Below are positions 38,570-52,049 of a DNA stretch of 64,000 nt, piece by piece. The stretch covers positions 62,001-126,000 of the forward strand of contig NW_027271245.1 in the NCBI RefSeq assembly GCF_040938485.1. Direction: 5' to 3'. Below the pieces are notes generated by a model, which saw nothing but the letters and a program-made list of their open reading frames with translations, was not told the DNA's origin and ran no database searches. Source of the stretch: Diadema antillarum. Lineage: Eukaryota. Each line of letters opens with the position of its first letter. Within the stretch, counting starts at the first letter, position 1. A program made the position numbers and the translations under genes.

Positions 38570-40450
38570 CTTATCTGTCGCTTGTCATGTATCAAAAATT
38601 TTTGAAAAGCAGATTAAAGATCAGTTATTGGCATATCTTCAGCAAAATGATTTGATTAACATAGATCAAGCTGCATTCTTGCCCCATCACTCAACTAACA
38701 CTTGTCTCCATCGAGCTGTTGATGATTGGTTGGAGTCTTTTAACGATCGTGAAGTAGTTGCAGCATGTTTTCTTGATATTTCTAAGTGTTTCGATTCAAT
38801 TGATCATACGTTATTATTGCATAAGTTGGAATGTTATGGCATCAAGGGCAAACAATTGAAATGGTTTTCTGATTATTTAACTGGTAGGAGTCAAAATGTT
38901 TTTTGTCATGGTCATCTCTCAACATCTGAAAGTATCACGACAGGGGTACCACAAGGGAGTGTACTTGGGCCTATACTTTTCCTCATATTTATTAATGATA
39001 TTTCCGAATCTGTATATTCATCTTCCTGTAATGTATTCGCAGATGATGTAGTAATTTATTGTTCGCACAAAGATACTGATATAGTTACATCAGTGTTGCA
39101 AAATGATCTGAACTCGATATATAGATGGTACAAGAGAAACAGATTAAGTATTAATTTAGATAAGACTAAGGTAATGTTATTAAGTCCACGGTGCTCCAAA
39201 AGTTTGAACATTTTTCTTGATGGAAAAAGGATTGAACAGGTTCATGATTTTAGGTATTTGGGTGTTATAATAGACGACCATCTTCATTGGGATGCACACG
39301 TACAAAATTTAGCCAAATCTATTTCTATGAAATTATTTATGTTACGAAAAATGAACCAATTTTTGGATAAAGATTCACTTTAACTTTTGTATACTGCAGT
39401 TGTTCAACCGTGTATTGATTATTCATGCTCCGTTTGGGGAAATTGCTCTGCTAAAAATAGAAATATTCTATATCGATTACAAAAGAGGGCAGCACGAATT
39501 ATCACATCAAATTTTGATTACGAAACTGCAAATGGGAATGACATAATCAAGGTTTTGAATTTGCAAGCATTTGAAAATAGAAGGAATTATTTTTTGTCAA
39601 CGCTCATGTATAAATGCATCCATGGACTTGCCCCCACCCGAATGTGCAATAATATTGAGATGATTTTTTGACAGGCATGGGTTTAATACAAGAGCAGCTG
39701 ATTCTTTGAATGTGGTACCACCTAAACCGAATGTAGAGTGTTTTAAAAGCTGTTTTAGATATGCAGGAGGAAAAGGTATGGAACTCACTACCAAATGTTT
39801 TAAAGAAATCAAAGTCATTGTCAGCTTTTAAGTTGTTATATAAGAAAATGTATTTTCACTGATTTTATCAAACGCCCTGTTTTTACATAATATGTACCAT
39901 ATTATTTTTTGTCACACTGTGTTACCCACACTTGCCTGGTGCAAATTATGTGTGCATGAATCCCTGAATGTGTGTTATGGGTATACATGCATTCGACTGT
40001 TTAGGTTAAACGGGCATGACTGCCAGATTGCATGTAATCTATTTATTAGTGTAGATTTTTACATAGAATTTCTATCTGCTTTTTATGATCGTGGGCTTGT
40101 TGATTCAAGTCCTTTCTGGCAGAGTTTTTACATTCCTTTTGTACACTAAATGGTATGATTGTGTATATAATCTTGCATCATTTTATTCACTGTTTTAATA
40201 TATTCTTTTGTATCATATTGTTTCATTATATTATACCTAGACTGGTTACTACTGATTTCAATTTAACGTATATTGCTCCTTTCAGCTCTGATTGCTTGTT
40301 TAATTGTAGTGGTTTTTATGCTTACATTTATGTAACATGATTTTTGTATTTATATAGTTGGATTGTACAGGACCTTGATGTAAAACAGCATTCACTTGCT
40401 GATCTTGTTATCCTGTCAAAATATGTTGAAATAAAATAAAATAATAAAAT
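38570..40450 (+). mobile_element. 5'-truncated CR1/L2-clade LINE (disrupted RT)
   Basis: ORFs 38628-39383 and 39387-39671 carry FLDISKCFD, GVPQGSVLGP, FADD and YLG motifs; one in-frame TAA and a later frameshift; AAAT-rich tail at ~40430-40453. Confidence 0.9.
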
Positions 40451-40645
40451 AAAATCGCAGCGTGTGTAGAATTTACTCAGTGGATCGCACTGTTAATCCC
40501 AACCGTCAAAGGATGTGTAACAGTACACTTTACCAGCATATGTGCCTGGTATGTGGAATAGGCTGTTGATGTTTGTACTGCTTGATATTTTCACTTACTA
40601 GTCTATGGTACACGTTTTTATATGCAGAGCTCGACAGAAGCGGTA

Positions 40646-40720
<75 letters not shown>
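40646..40720. repeat. Compound (TA)n(TG)n microsatellite
   Basis: Direct inspection. Confidence 0.95.
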
Positions 40721-40721
<1 letters not shown>

Positions 40722-41898
40722 CCCTGGTACATTATGTCACAGTGGTAACGTCGTCATACGATGATGGTTCCCAAGTGCTAAGCATTAAATTTTATTAAGA
40801 ATTTCATGCGTGATGTTTGTAACCCTTCGTTTTGAAAATCATTTTAGTGGTATAGTAAGAGTGTGTATAGTCCCAATTTACATCAAACATCGCCCAGAAA
40901 GGAGATTAAATGTCGGTATATTAAGCTACTGTTAATACCACTAGAAGATCTGACATACCAAACAAAAATAGATGTAGTTTGAATATCTGTATTTCTTATA
41001 TAAAATTGTTTTTGGTGTTTGCAAGACACTTTTTGTGACCGATTTTATTACAGTATGCAAAATCTAATGGCAATACCATAATAGCGTGATTTTTTTTTAT
41101 TCAAGATATTATTAACATGTTTCGACTTGTCATTTACTTTTTTTCATCGATGTTAAAGTGTAAGGGTCGAGAGAACGACTACTGCATCATGGGTAAACTT
41201 ATAGACAAGAAACGAAAGCAGTGAGAATGTGAACTGCATCTATTCCTTACAAACTTAAGACTGATAAGGAATCAATTAGCAAACTGAATTGTATTTCTAT
41301 TTTAGAGTGTTGTCTCATAATGTATAGGCATACTCTGAAATATCTTCATGGGACAATTGCCGTTGAGTTCATATCGACAGCAAGAACAGAGAATAGAATT
41401 CTAGCATTCTGCAAGCATGTTAAAGAATGTTATCATGATATTACAAAGTGTGTCATGATGCAATAATATCCGATGATGACAAAGTAATACAAAAGCGTGA
41501 AGCGAAATAAGATGTAACGATGAAGCAAAGGGTCAACAACCTAAGGAAATCAAGGTTAATGAATGACATCAACCGTTTAATTGTTACAATGTATTATAGT
41601 AGAGCCTTGTGTCGCCATTACGAAAATGTTTCAATCAGCAAATTAGAATAATTCGAATGAGATTATTAGAGAATACTTGAATATGGAGAGAATTGTTTTA
41701 GAAGACATAGTATTCCTCTATGAGCATGCAAGCAGCAGTGGTTGGCCAATTTTATAGCGAATAGCGCATACTAATATTTCAAATGATTGGATATTTTGGA
41801 ATGTTGGTTAACGCCTCATGAAAACCAAAAAAATCTTTCACACAGATGTCCTCGCGTGACAACGGTAAGAGAAAATACTGCATCGTCCCATCAGGACC

Positions 41899-42154
41899 AT
41901 GGTGATTGTCGGGGTTTGCTCGTCCTCGGGGCGGGAGAGCATTCGGGCCTTCCAATCACAGCTACGATCCGAACAAGAAGTGGTGGTCAAGTTCATAGAG
42001 CTGCCTTACAACAACCTCGACGCATATCGCCTCAAACGAGACTGCGCGGACAAAGTCATCCTGTGTCACTCCATCCACAATCGGAGATTCGCCATCACAG
42101 ATGTAGTGGACTCTCTCTACGACAAATTCTTGAATCACGCTAAAGGCACCTTTG
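41899..42154 (+). CDS. Paralogue P5 coding exon A
   Basis: MVIVGVCSS...LPYNNLD...VILCHSIHNRRFAITDV; donor G|GTATGA, phase 1. Confidence 0.85.
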
Positions 42155-42189
42155 GTATGACGTTATACTCTTCTCGGGCGATTTTAAAT

Positions 42190-42395
42190 TTTTCCGAAGG
42201 TTCGTTAATCAGAAAATTGAATAATGTACCTTGATGTTCATTCATCCGAAAATGAAACGAAGGAAAGGTGGGTACAAGCGAGTGTTTGGAATAACGAATT
42301 CACCTTATTTCATTTTCGAATTAAAGAACCTTTCGAAATAACGACCCTTATATTTCATTTTCGGCTTAACGAACCTTCGGAATCACGAACTGTAA
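42190..42395. mobile_element. Small inverted-repeat MITE in the P5 intron
   Basis: TTCCGAAGGTTCGTTAA ... TTAACGAACCTTCGGAA. Confidence 0.6.
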
Positions 42396-42741
42396 CTCCC
42401 TTCTCAAGATCTTAGGCTATAGACAAACGAGTTTCAAAGATAAATAAATACAACTACGTATGATTACATTTTGTGTGAAAGGATGCACAAGCAATATTTG
42501 GACCGCACTTCCACGATGACACCATGTGTACGGTGCAATCGTCAAGAACAAAAATACGAAGAATTGTGAGTGAGAAACATCTTGAAGAAATCATTAATTT
42601 GACAAGAAAATGCATATATAAATTCTCTTCCAACAAACGACAAAATGATTATTCCTCTTCTCTTTTTCAAGAACAGAAAACGCAAGCATAGCATTTTCAC
42701 TCAAATATTGAAACCTTTTTCTTCATGTTCTCACATTATAG

Positions 42742-43064
42742 GAAAAGAAAATGTAGCCGTGATAGCCCATGATTTCCCCCAACCAGAGAGCGGGGATGGC
42801 GAAGCACGCAAACGACTGACGAAAGTGCGAATGGCCAGCTTCCACATCAAGCAACCGACCACTTTCCAATGCACCGACCTGGCGTTGACATGTGGCAAGC
42901 TGGATACAGTGGTAGATATTGACAATGGCGATTGGCTTCAAGTCAAGAGATTTTTGACACGGAGTCGACAGACTGGCGGAGATTTGTCCTCCTCTTCAAC
43001 CGTCATCATCCAAATTTATAAAGATAACATTGCTTTGGCGTCATACCCACCAGACAATTTATGA
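42742..43064 (+). CDS. Paralogue P5 coding exon B (192 aa in total), short non-hydrophobic tail
   Basis: Acceptor TATAG|GA; GKENVAVIAHDFP...KQPTTF...CGKLD. Confidence 0.85.
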
Positions 43065-43614
43065 TGTAAAAATCTACACTCGTCTGGCAAACAGGAGTGC
43101 GTGGACTTGGATATGGACTGCATGACGCTACGATGTGATTCGACAGGGGAGGGTGGAAGACGGTTCTGCTTTTCATGGCTTTTCATTATTGTTATTACTA
43201 TTTTTTGGAAGGGAGGACTGGTTTTAAATGAAATGAATTCCAACATACGTCTGGTATCTCTCCTCCCCTCAACCTCCACCTTTTCTCTAGGGAAAAATGC
43301 TGATTCGAACGTGGTTGCTAGATTAGAATCGCATTTGCACCGAGGGCGTTGGTGCAATAAAGACTTAATGATTTGTGAAATTGCATTACTTTTTGTAAGT
43401 GAAAGTTACTGTGTTGTGTAGCTCAATAGTCTCTCTATACATTGTATCTGGTAAAGTGTGTGTATGTCATGCATGTGTGTAGCGGGAAGGAGGCGGGGGA
43501 TAGGATACCACTGCTCATGATGCTCCTATCTTACAACCCATCCAACCAGACATATATTGTACAGCATGTGATGAGTTTGCTTGCAAAACGAGTTAACTCC
43601 ATTCCTGTTAATTG

Positions 43615-44850
43615 GATTTGGATTTTGGATTTATTTATTCAATACTCCATAAAAACCATACAAACAAACAGAGAAAATACACTACATATAAGTACAAATA
43701 CATTACATTTAAATTCATGTCGTCAAATTTGTATAAAATAACTGATATGACTGCAACGGATACAAAATATAAACGTCAACATAAGAAATCATGAAGCATT
43801 AGGAACTTGACAGGAAGGCGGTGCCCTATATGAAGCCAAGTCCTTTAACATGTACCAAACGAATATCATATATATTACAAAGTTACAAACAGCAGCATAA
43901 AAAAAAAACATAGACACACAAACACATTAAACAAAAAGTTTATGTATAGTCTTATCAAAAATATTTTCTATGATACATTTATTCTAAAGATTGTCTGTCA
44001 CTTAAATACTGCTTAAGATGGGTTTTAAAAATCGTAAAAGTCTGACTTAACTTTATTTCCTCTGGTAACTCATTCCATATTTTCGGTCCATTATAAAATA
44101 TTGACTTTTGATACGAGCTTAATCTTACAAATGGCAAGTGATAATTAAAAATGTTTCTTGTTATACATGTATGTACCTGGCTATTGAGCTTAAAGTAATT
44201 AGTTAATACTCCAGGAAGCATATTATGAGAACATGAAAACATAAATATTGCACTTTGATATATATACATATTATAAATATTAAGAATTTTCAGACGATCA
44301 AATATTGTATGAGCACGGTAATCGCTATGAGATACAATTCTGATTGCTTTCTTTTGTAATTTTAAAAGCCTCAACATATTTTGTTCACTACAGTTTGCCC
44401 AGATTTGTATACAATAATTCAAATAAGGCAGAATTAGAGAATTATACAATAACAATAAAACTTCTTTTGGATACGAATGAAATCTATACAATAAACCAAT
44501 ATTTTTTGAAAGTTTGTTGCAGACAACATCAGTGTGCTGGTTCCAAGACAATTTTTCATCAATTATTACACCCAAAAACTTAACATATGGAACACATTTA
44601 ATAAATACATCATTGATTTTAATGTAAACAAAATCATTGTGTACTTTTTTGTTTGAAAATAACATAAAATTTTTTTATTTATATTAAGAACAAGCTTATT
44701 TATATCTAACCAATAAACTAGCTTTTTTAATTCACTTGCAAATTGTTCCTGTAATATTTGTATATCAGAATTGGACATGAACACACTGGTGTCATCTGCA
44801 TATAGAATAAACTTTAAACAATCAGACACATTACATATATCATTAATATA
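43615..44850 (-). mobile_element. 5'-truncated L2/CR1-clade LINE (frameshifted RT C-half)
   Basis: ORFs 44566-44829 (LYADD) and 43979-44665 (KFLGV...LILPYLNYC...GPKIWNELP); AATAAATAAAT tail at ~43620-43640. Confidence 0.85.
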
Positions 44851-47599
44851 CAGAGTATATTTGCGATTAAAGCTACTTAAAGATATAGAAGACTATAAGA
44901 AAATATAGGATTTTTCATTGTTTCATGAATACTCTTTGTTATGTAACAAGTGAGGTGTCACTTGAATGGTTTTATTTTGTTCTCTCTGATTGTGGACTTA
45001 CTTTAAATTTTTTGAAAATGGCGCTTAATCCTTTATTTTAAATGGGTTAGTCAAATACCAATTACTGATTGGATAAACACAGTCACGTGATGGAGGCACA
45101 CAAGTTATGTTCGCCCATGGGAGAACATTTTTGTAATGTTCTCCCATGGGAAAACAATTTCACGTAACAAATGACAAACGATATCAAACGATTGAACGAT
45201 CATAATTATTTTCACACAATCGATAGAATAAATTTGCCTATTCCATACAATGTGAAAAAGCAGATTTGACTAACCATATAACATACCAGATGATGACTTT
45301 TGTTGTCGGGAGCATGTACCAAACGTTAAACCCTTCGGCTGGAACATTCGGTATGTTCCCTCCCCCGCCAGTCATCATCTGTATATTGTGGTCTAACTCT
45401 TCATATCATGCATTTAAGTCCCTGTGCTATATCATATCATCGCGCATTCTAATTAAAAAGAAGAAGAAAAAAAAGTTTGATAAAAACAAATCATATCTCA
45501 CATCAGCAGACTGGCTGTAAGATGCAGTTCTTCTTTATTTCCCCCGAGAAGCAGAATAAAATGCAACTATGCACAGCCCTCTCGCTGTACACTGCTGGCG
45601 CACGAAGACGTCGTGCTTCGCAAGGCGTCTGGTTGGGCTATATAAAGGGATGTTAATGTCTGCAGGAAAGGTTCAGCTTTGTTAATGTAAGAACTTAGAG
45701 TAAAAGCATTTGTAAATAAAGCACAAAATTCGTGCAATATGTTTGATATGCAGTGTGTCTACTCGTTCACTGATATTTGCCTGTTCTAATCTCTACACAG
45801 TTATTTTGGTTGTGTGATTTTTTTTTTTCTTTTTGTATGCAAACCAAAGAAATTGTGTGTGTTTTTCCTGTTGATATGAAAGTGATCTCTTATATTTCTA
45901 TATCCTTTATTGGGGATAGAATATTATTACTGCCTATATAAAAGTTTTGAATCTGTCATTTCCATTATATGAGGTTTTAACTGATAAGAATTATACTGCC
46001 AGAGAAATTGACAAGTACAAAACTCTTCTTGAGCGTGATATAATCAAGCGACCAGGCTATGAATCAGATCTTTGTTCAACTTATTGTATGCAGATTTGAT
46101 ATATTTATAGTAATTCATGCATTATATTACAGAAAGACATTCTATTCGCATACTAGCGGTATATCCATGTACAATGTATATCCACAATAGTGCATGGTTA
46201 CCTTTACATCACTTAAATTATACAATTTAATGAACAATTCTATAAAACAAGGCTGTTTCAAAACAATTAATAAAAAGTGTGTATCACAGATCAACCTTAG
46301 CAGTTGTTTATTATGATTTGTATCTATTTTATAAGTATATTATTTTGTACATGCACCAACTCAGGTTATAGGGACCATTCAGATCCTTTATTCGCGGAAA
46401 TAAAAGCACTTAAGGTAAACAACATTAATTTTTCGCAAAACTCACTCTTTATGTTTCGCTTACTTTACAGTTAGTTGCCATATTTTTACTCATTATTTCA
46501 GATATACAAGGTCATACATTCTTTTCCCACAAGTACAATCTGATAAATTTCGTTTACATAATCCCAATGCGATGATGGCTCTGATATCTATCAGACACAC
46601 CGGATCTCGATATTTGGAACTCTCTTCCTTCTGAAATTCGTGGTTTAAAGTCCATGTAGGCCTACTACAATAAGAAAGCTTCAAAAACAATGTAAACAAT
46701 GTTGCTCTCTGGATATTATATCAGTGATTTCACAATGTCATTGTAAGAGTACTACACACGAGATTCCTTCGTGGAAATATCGCCGTACTTAATTTACTAA
46801 GTATAACGTAATCATGCAACCGACCATGACCTGTAACTGTTCACGTATACCTCGGTGAAAAAAAAAAAAATTTTGCCATGCCTTACTGATAAGTGATCCA
46901 GGTGATCTAACTTTGTGTAAAGCTTCGGTAAAAGCAGACAGACCTCTCCTTTCCCCTTTCTTCTATCCTATCTCGAAGCAAGTCATCCATCCCTCTCCTG
47001 ATACGTATTATCTACGAGGGCTGCATGCAAATCAAGCTCTATATGCTTAAACTGTAGCGCCCTTCTGTATTATTCATTGTATCACTGATACGTTTTGCTG
47101 TACTTTGTAAATGCATTGAAGAAAAACAACATGGTATTGTCAACAACTTATGTTCATGGCACCAACAATGTGCGCACGCTGCATCTATACATGTATGTGC
47201 ATGTACAATGATAAGGCAGGAACTAATAAATCAAATCAAATCAAATCAGATTTATTATGATTATACATGTATATCATCATGACAATATCTCTGCTGGCCT
47301 TTGAGCACGGAGGGAGTGAGAACGTCTCACGAACGTTTCGCATATTTATTTCCGGAACAAGAATATTGCGATAAAAAGTACACAGCTGGTCGTGATTATC
47401 CCGTTCTTCCCTGAAGAAGAATGTATCAGGGAAGATGAAAAAGAGGTTGAAGTTAAGATGATTGTAAAACACCGGGATGATTTTCCTTCAACGTCTTTCC
47501 ATGGTCACGGACAGAGCGTGACCTGAACCCCTCTGGATTCAAGTATATATGATGGGGGTAATGATGGTGATAATCATGTTTTCACGAAACACGGATATA

Positions 47600-50500
47600 A
47601 TAATAATAATAATAATAATAGATATCATTTATAAAGCGCTTATTACAATGTTTCTAAGTGCTGAAGAAAAATTAGGAAAGATGAATTCAGTTATGGAGTA
47701 TATACAAATTGTAATACGATGAAACACAATACAAAATACATAGAAAAAAACATTGTAAGTTATAACTTATAAAACAAACTTAACATTTATGCAGACTGTA
47801 TATAATAAATCAATACAAATTACATAATGTAACGACAACAAATGGAGCCGGGACTCGCAATGTTGGTTACTGGTGTTCGTTTTTATTCGCAGGTTCTGAT
47901 CGTCAAAACCAAACCCAAGCAAGCCCCCTGCCGGAGACGAAGATAGCTGACTCTCACGAATTCTGCTCACAATATGTCTCGATGCTTTCCCGTTGTCAAA
48001 GATTCCAATATGAAGTGAGGAGAGGAAAACTTTCTCTATTTATTGGGTTTAGGACCCTTCCCAAAGATATATTTTAACTTTAAATTCCAATCCACCGACG
48101 CACAGTTCTACGTCACTTTTACTGCCACTTTGTTTGGGTGGAGGGCTATGTCTGGCTATGAGGTCATAGCTTGACCCAAGGAGGGCAGAGAGTGGACATT
48201 ATGCCCAAGTTTGGCAAGTAAAAGTGGAGAATGTGACCGGAAGGATTGGACTTCCTGAATGACGCAGGGTGACTCATTTTCCAGAAAATATATTTTTATG
48301 TTACTTTTTGTTTTGAATTTTTGGTTCTCAGAAATCTTTCTTTCTCTTTGTTTCGACAAAAACCACAATGTTACATTCTCCCCTGCTTCATGTTGGCATC
48401 CCTGACAACATACCACAAACATAATTATTTAATATTAATTAATGATACACTTAATTTCTACCTGAAAGTAGAGTAAGGAGTAGCAAGTGCGACTTGCTAA
48501 CATCCGCCAAAATCTCTTCAGTTACGGTTGGCGGCGCCTTTCCCTGCAGCCTAGCCGAACGCCTTGGGAGTGGAGCTGACTCCAGTCCATCTTCCGGGCG
48601 CTCCCCTGCTTTTTCCAAAGCAGGGAGGTCGTCCTCCCTCGCGGTGGCTGCCTCGCCATCATCTGTAACTGATAGGCCTACATGGTCACTGTCGTTCCGT
48701 GGTTGACGTCTGGGTTGTCATCTATACACGACTGCTCTGGGGACGTCAGGGCTCCTAAGCTATCTCCAGGTTCTCCGTCATCGCGTCTGGGCATCATCCT
48801 CAATATCTAATTGAGGCCAGAGGAGGAACCACACGCATCCTCGTACAACAGCATTACACTCGCCAGATGAATAGGGATTGCCTGAAAATAGTTCCAGAAG
48901 ACCAGTCGGCGTCCTTGAAGCTAGATGTCGCTGTTGCTGAAGTCTACCATCTGGACAGGAACTCTTCCCGAGGAGGGCACCCTTACGAAAGTAGGTAAGA
49001 GAACGAGTCCATTTGGTAATGTTGAGGCATCCCACTCCTCAACAACTGCGACTGAACGCTTGCTTCCTTACAGTTGAATAGACACGGCCAGAAACCATGA
49101 ACGTGACCGTTCTTCCACTGGTTCCGCCTTCAGCTTACTTCCGTTCAACACCTCGATTTCTGCTGATTTCTCCATCATGTCTCCGGCGAGGGGGCTGTCG
49201 ATGACCAGTGAACTGCGATCCTGTCCGTGACGCCAATTTTTTGTAACGACAACAAATGGAGCCGGGACTCGCAATGTTGGTTACTGGTGTTCGTTTTTAT
49301 TCGCAGGTTCTGATCGTCAAAACCAAACCCAAGCAAGCCCCCTGCCGGAGACGAAGATAGCTGACTCTCACGAATTCTGCTCACAATATGTCTCGATGCT
49401 TTCCCGTTGTCAAAGATTCCAATATGAAGTGAGGAGAGGAAAACTTTCTCTATTTATTGGGTTTAGGACCCTTCCCAAAGATATATTTTAACTTTAAATT
49501 CCAATCCACCGACGCACAGTTCTACGTCACTTTTACTGCCACTTTGTTTGGGTGGAGGGCTATGTCTGGCTATGAGGTCATAGCTTGACCCAAGGAGGGC
49601 AGAGAGTGGACATTATGCCCAAATTTGGCAAGTAAAAGTGGAAAATGTGACCGGAAGGATTGGACTTCCTGAATGACGCAGGGTGACTCATTTTCCAGAA
49701 AATATATTTTTATGTTACTTTTTGTTTTGAATTTTTGGTTCTCAGAAATCTTTCTTTCTCTTTGTTTCGACAAAAACCACAATGTTACAATAACATGAGA
49801 GAACAGATGAGATTTCAGTACTGTTTTGAAGGAGTCTACTGTTGGAGCTTCACGGACGTGGATGGGCAAGTTGTTCCAGAGTGTAGGTGCGATTACACTG
49901 AAGGCGCGGTTGCCATAACGAGTACGGGTGCGCGGTGCCGATGTGAGTTGAAGATGTGCAGTGGAGTGAGAACGAAGGCGTCTGGTTGTTGAGGAAGAAG
50001 ATATAGTCCGGAGGGAAACCAGATGATGAAGATAGGATATGATGCTACGTTGTGGACAATCTTGTAGGTGAGGAGTAGAACTTTGAAGATAATGCGGTCA
50101 TGAATTTGTAGCCAGTGCAGTGATTTGATGACAGGTGTGATATGTTCATGCTTCTTCTACGGTGCGTGTGATGAGACGTTCAGAGGTGTTCTGGATGCGT
50201 TGTAGCGGAGCAAGACAGGAGCGAGGAAGACCAGCTAGGAGGCTGTTGCAATAGTCCAAGTGTGAAAACACAAATGCATGTACCAGCTTTTCTGTAGTTG
50301 GCTCATTAAGGAATCTCCCTATTTTCCCAATTCTAACAATGCCAAAAGAAGCCGATCTGCAGACATTTCGAATTTGGTTAGTGAGAATGAGATGCTTATC
50401 GAGAGTAACACCGAGATCCCTCACACCGTCAGAGGAAAAAACGCATTCTCCAGCCATATCCAAAGAAGGTTGAAATCCCGGTTGCTGCCTAAACTGGGAT

Positions 50501-50650
50501 GAGATGAACAACAGCTCAGTTTTGGCTTCATTCAGTTTGAGATGGTTGCGGGAAGACCATGATATCGCTCACTCATACAAGTTTGGTCAGGCGGAAATGC
50601 CAACATGCTCCTTATTACATCTCTTTGGCGAGAGTTGCATGATATGTTGC
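47600..50650 (-). mobile_element. L2-type LINE 3' fragment split by the LTR element
   Basis: RT C-terminus at 49790-50650 (DLGVTLD...SHLDYCNSLLAGLP...TVDSFKTVLKSHLF); 3' UTR and (ATT)n tail at 47600-47827. Confidence 0.75.
47828..49789 (-). mobile_element. Non-autonomous (TRIM-like/internally deleted) LTR retrotransposon, probably Ty3/gypsy-type
   Basis: 548-bp LTRs (47828-48375, 49242-49789) bounded by TGTAAC...GTTACA; ATAA target-site duplication; PBS TGGCGTCACGGACAGGAT (49218-49235); polypurine tract AAGCAGGGGAGAA next to the 3' LTR. Confidence 0.9.
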
Positions 50651-51059
50651 ATTGCATTAATAGTGTTAGTCGCAGTATTTACCAACTGTACCAACTATAT
50701 TTTCACGCTTTTCATAGCACTATTATAGGTAAATCATTACAACTCTAGAACGATTTAACTTGAATTCATGAATTAAAAAAACTAAAACTAAAATCTGAAG
50801 ATATACTTTGCATGCAAACCAGGGGAAAACTTGTAAAGCAATGATAGTTGTTATCGTCTGTAATCGTTTTTTTCCCTAGCCACTAACAGTAAAGACTACG
50901 TGATTTTTTTACCATTACCAGTTGAATACGACGATTCGAGAAAACCATGTACAACTTAAGAATGGACATGCCTTTCCTATTTTCAGTGTGCCTTTCACTC
51001 TTTTTTTTTGTCAAAACTGATTTCACTAACCCTATAAAGCCCAAGCTATTTTGACCCTT

Positions 51060-51175
51060 CCCCGGCCTTAATCCTAATTCTAATCCTGAACCTAATCCTA
51101 ATCCTAACCCATACTCCTAACCTTAAACCTAACCCTAACCCTAATCTTTACTCTAACCTTACCACTAAACCGTAT
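51060..51175. repeat. Degenerate (CCTAAC/CCTAAT)n telomere-like tract
   Basis: Direct inspection; interstitial and degenerate. Confidence 0.7.
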
Positions 51176-51526
51176 CTAGGCGGGGGGGGGGGGGGGGGGG
51201 GGGGGGGTAATTGCCCTCTGAGGGTAATCGCCCGGATATAGTGCCATAATGGCAACCGGCAATATCAAACAAAGCTGAATTATACATCAAAATATTCGCG
51301 ACAAAAATTTTAGGAAAAGTCATCAAAATTTGGTTGAAATTGAACTAAGGGCGTAGGTGTGGTAAATGTAAATATAGCGGGGGCACAACGTGCGCATACC
51401 CCCCCCCCCATCCCCCTTTGGATTATAGGGTCAAGTTAATCAAACCGACCATAAAAATTTAAGGGTAATTCCTTTTTAATCTGAATAGTGAAAAAGAGAA
51501 AAAGACGCCGGATACCCCATTTTCCA

Positions 51527-51571
<45 letters not shown>

Positions 51572-52049
51572 ATCATATAACCTCATTCTCAACTATTTCT
51601 TGTTATATGTAACAACATGCGCCCTTTCAACAAAATGCGGACGACAGTATTGATGATTTTATCAATAATAAGTAAGCTTGAATTGCGAGATTTTTGTACA
51701 TATTATTACAGCAAATCCCCATGTACGACAACATTCTACAGTAGTCATGGTAATAATTATAATCCTTTGTCTTCTGTTTTCAAGGAAACATTTCAATATG
51801 AACGTAGAATATGATTTTCATATAACAGAAATTTAGGAATCACGTCTACAGACAGAACACTATAGGATCATAAAACGTCACAGAAATTACTCTTTTCCGG
51901 CCTTGTGTATAGTGACTTTCTAGTGTAAAAGGGTAAATGCTTTGATTAGGCAAAAATTACGTTTTGTTCTATGATTATGACATATAATATATAACATATA
52001 ATGAATAATATATAACATATAACATAATATGATATATAATATACAATAT

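Noticed and set aside
47828-49789. 548-bp direct repeat as an assembly duplication artefact
   Set aside because: TG...CA termini, target-site duplication, PBS and polypurine tract identify genuine LTRs.
51060-51175. True telomere or fusion site
   Set aside because: Short, degenerate, single orientation, embedded in repeat-like sequence.
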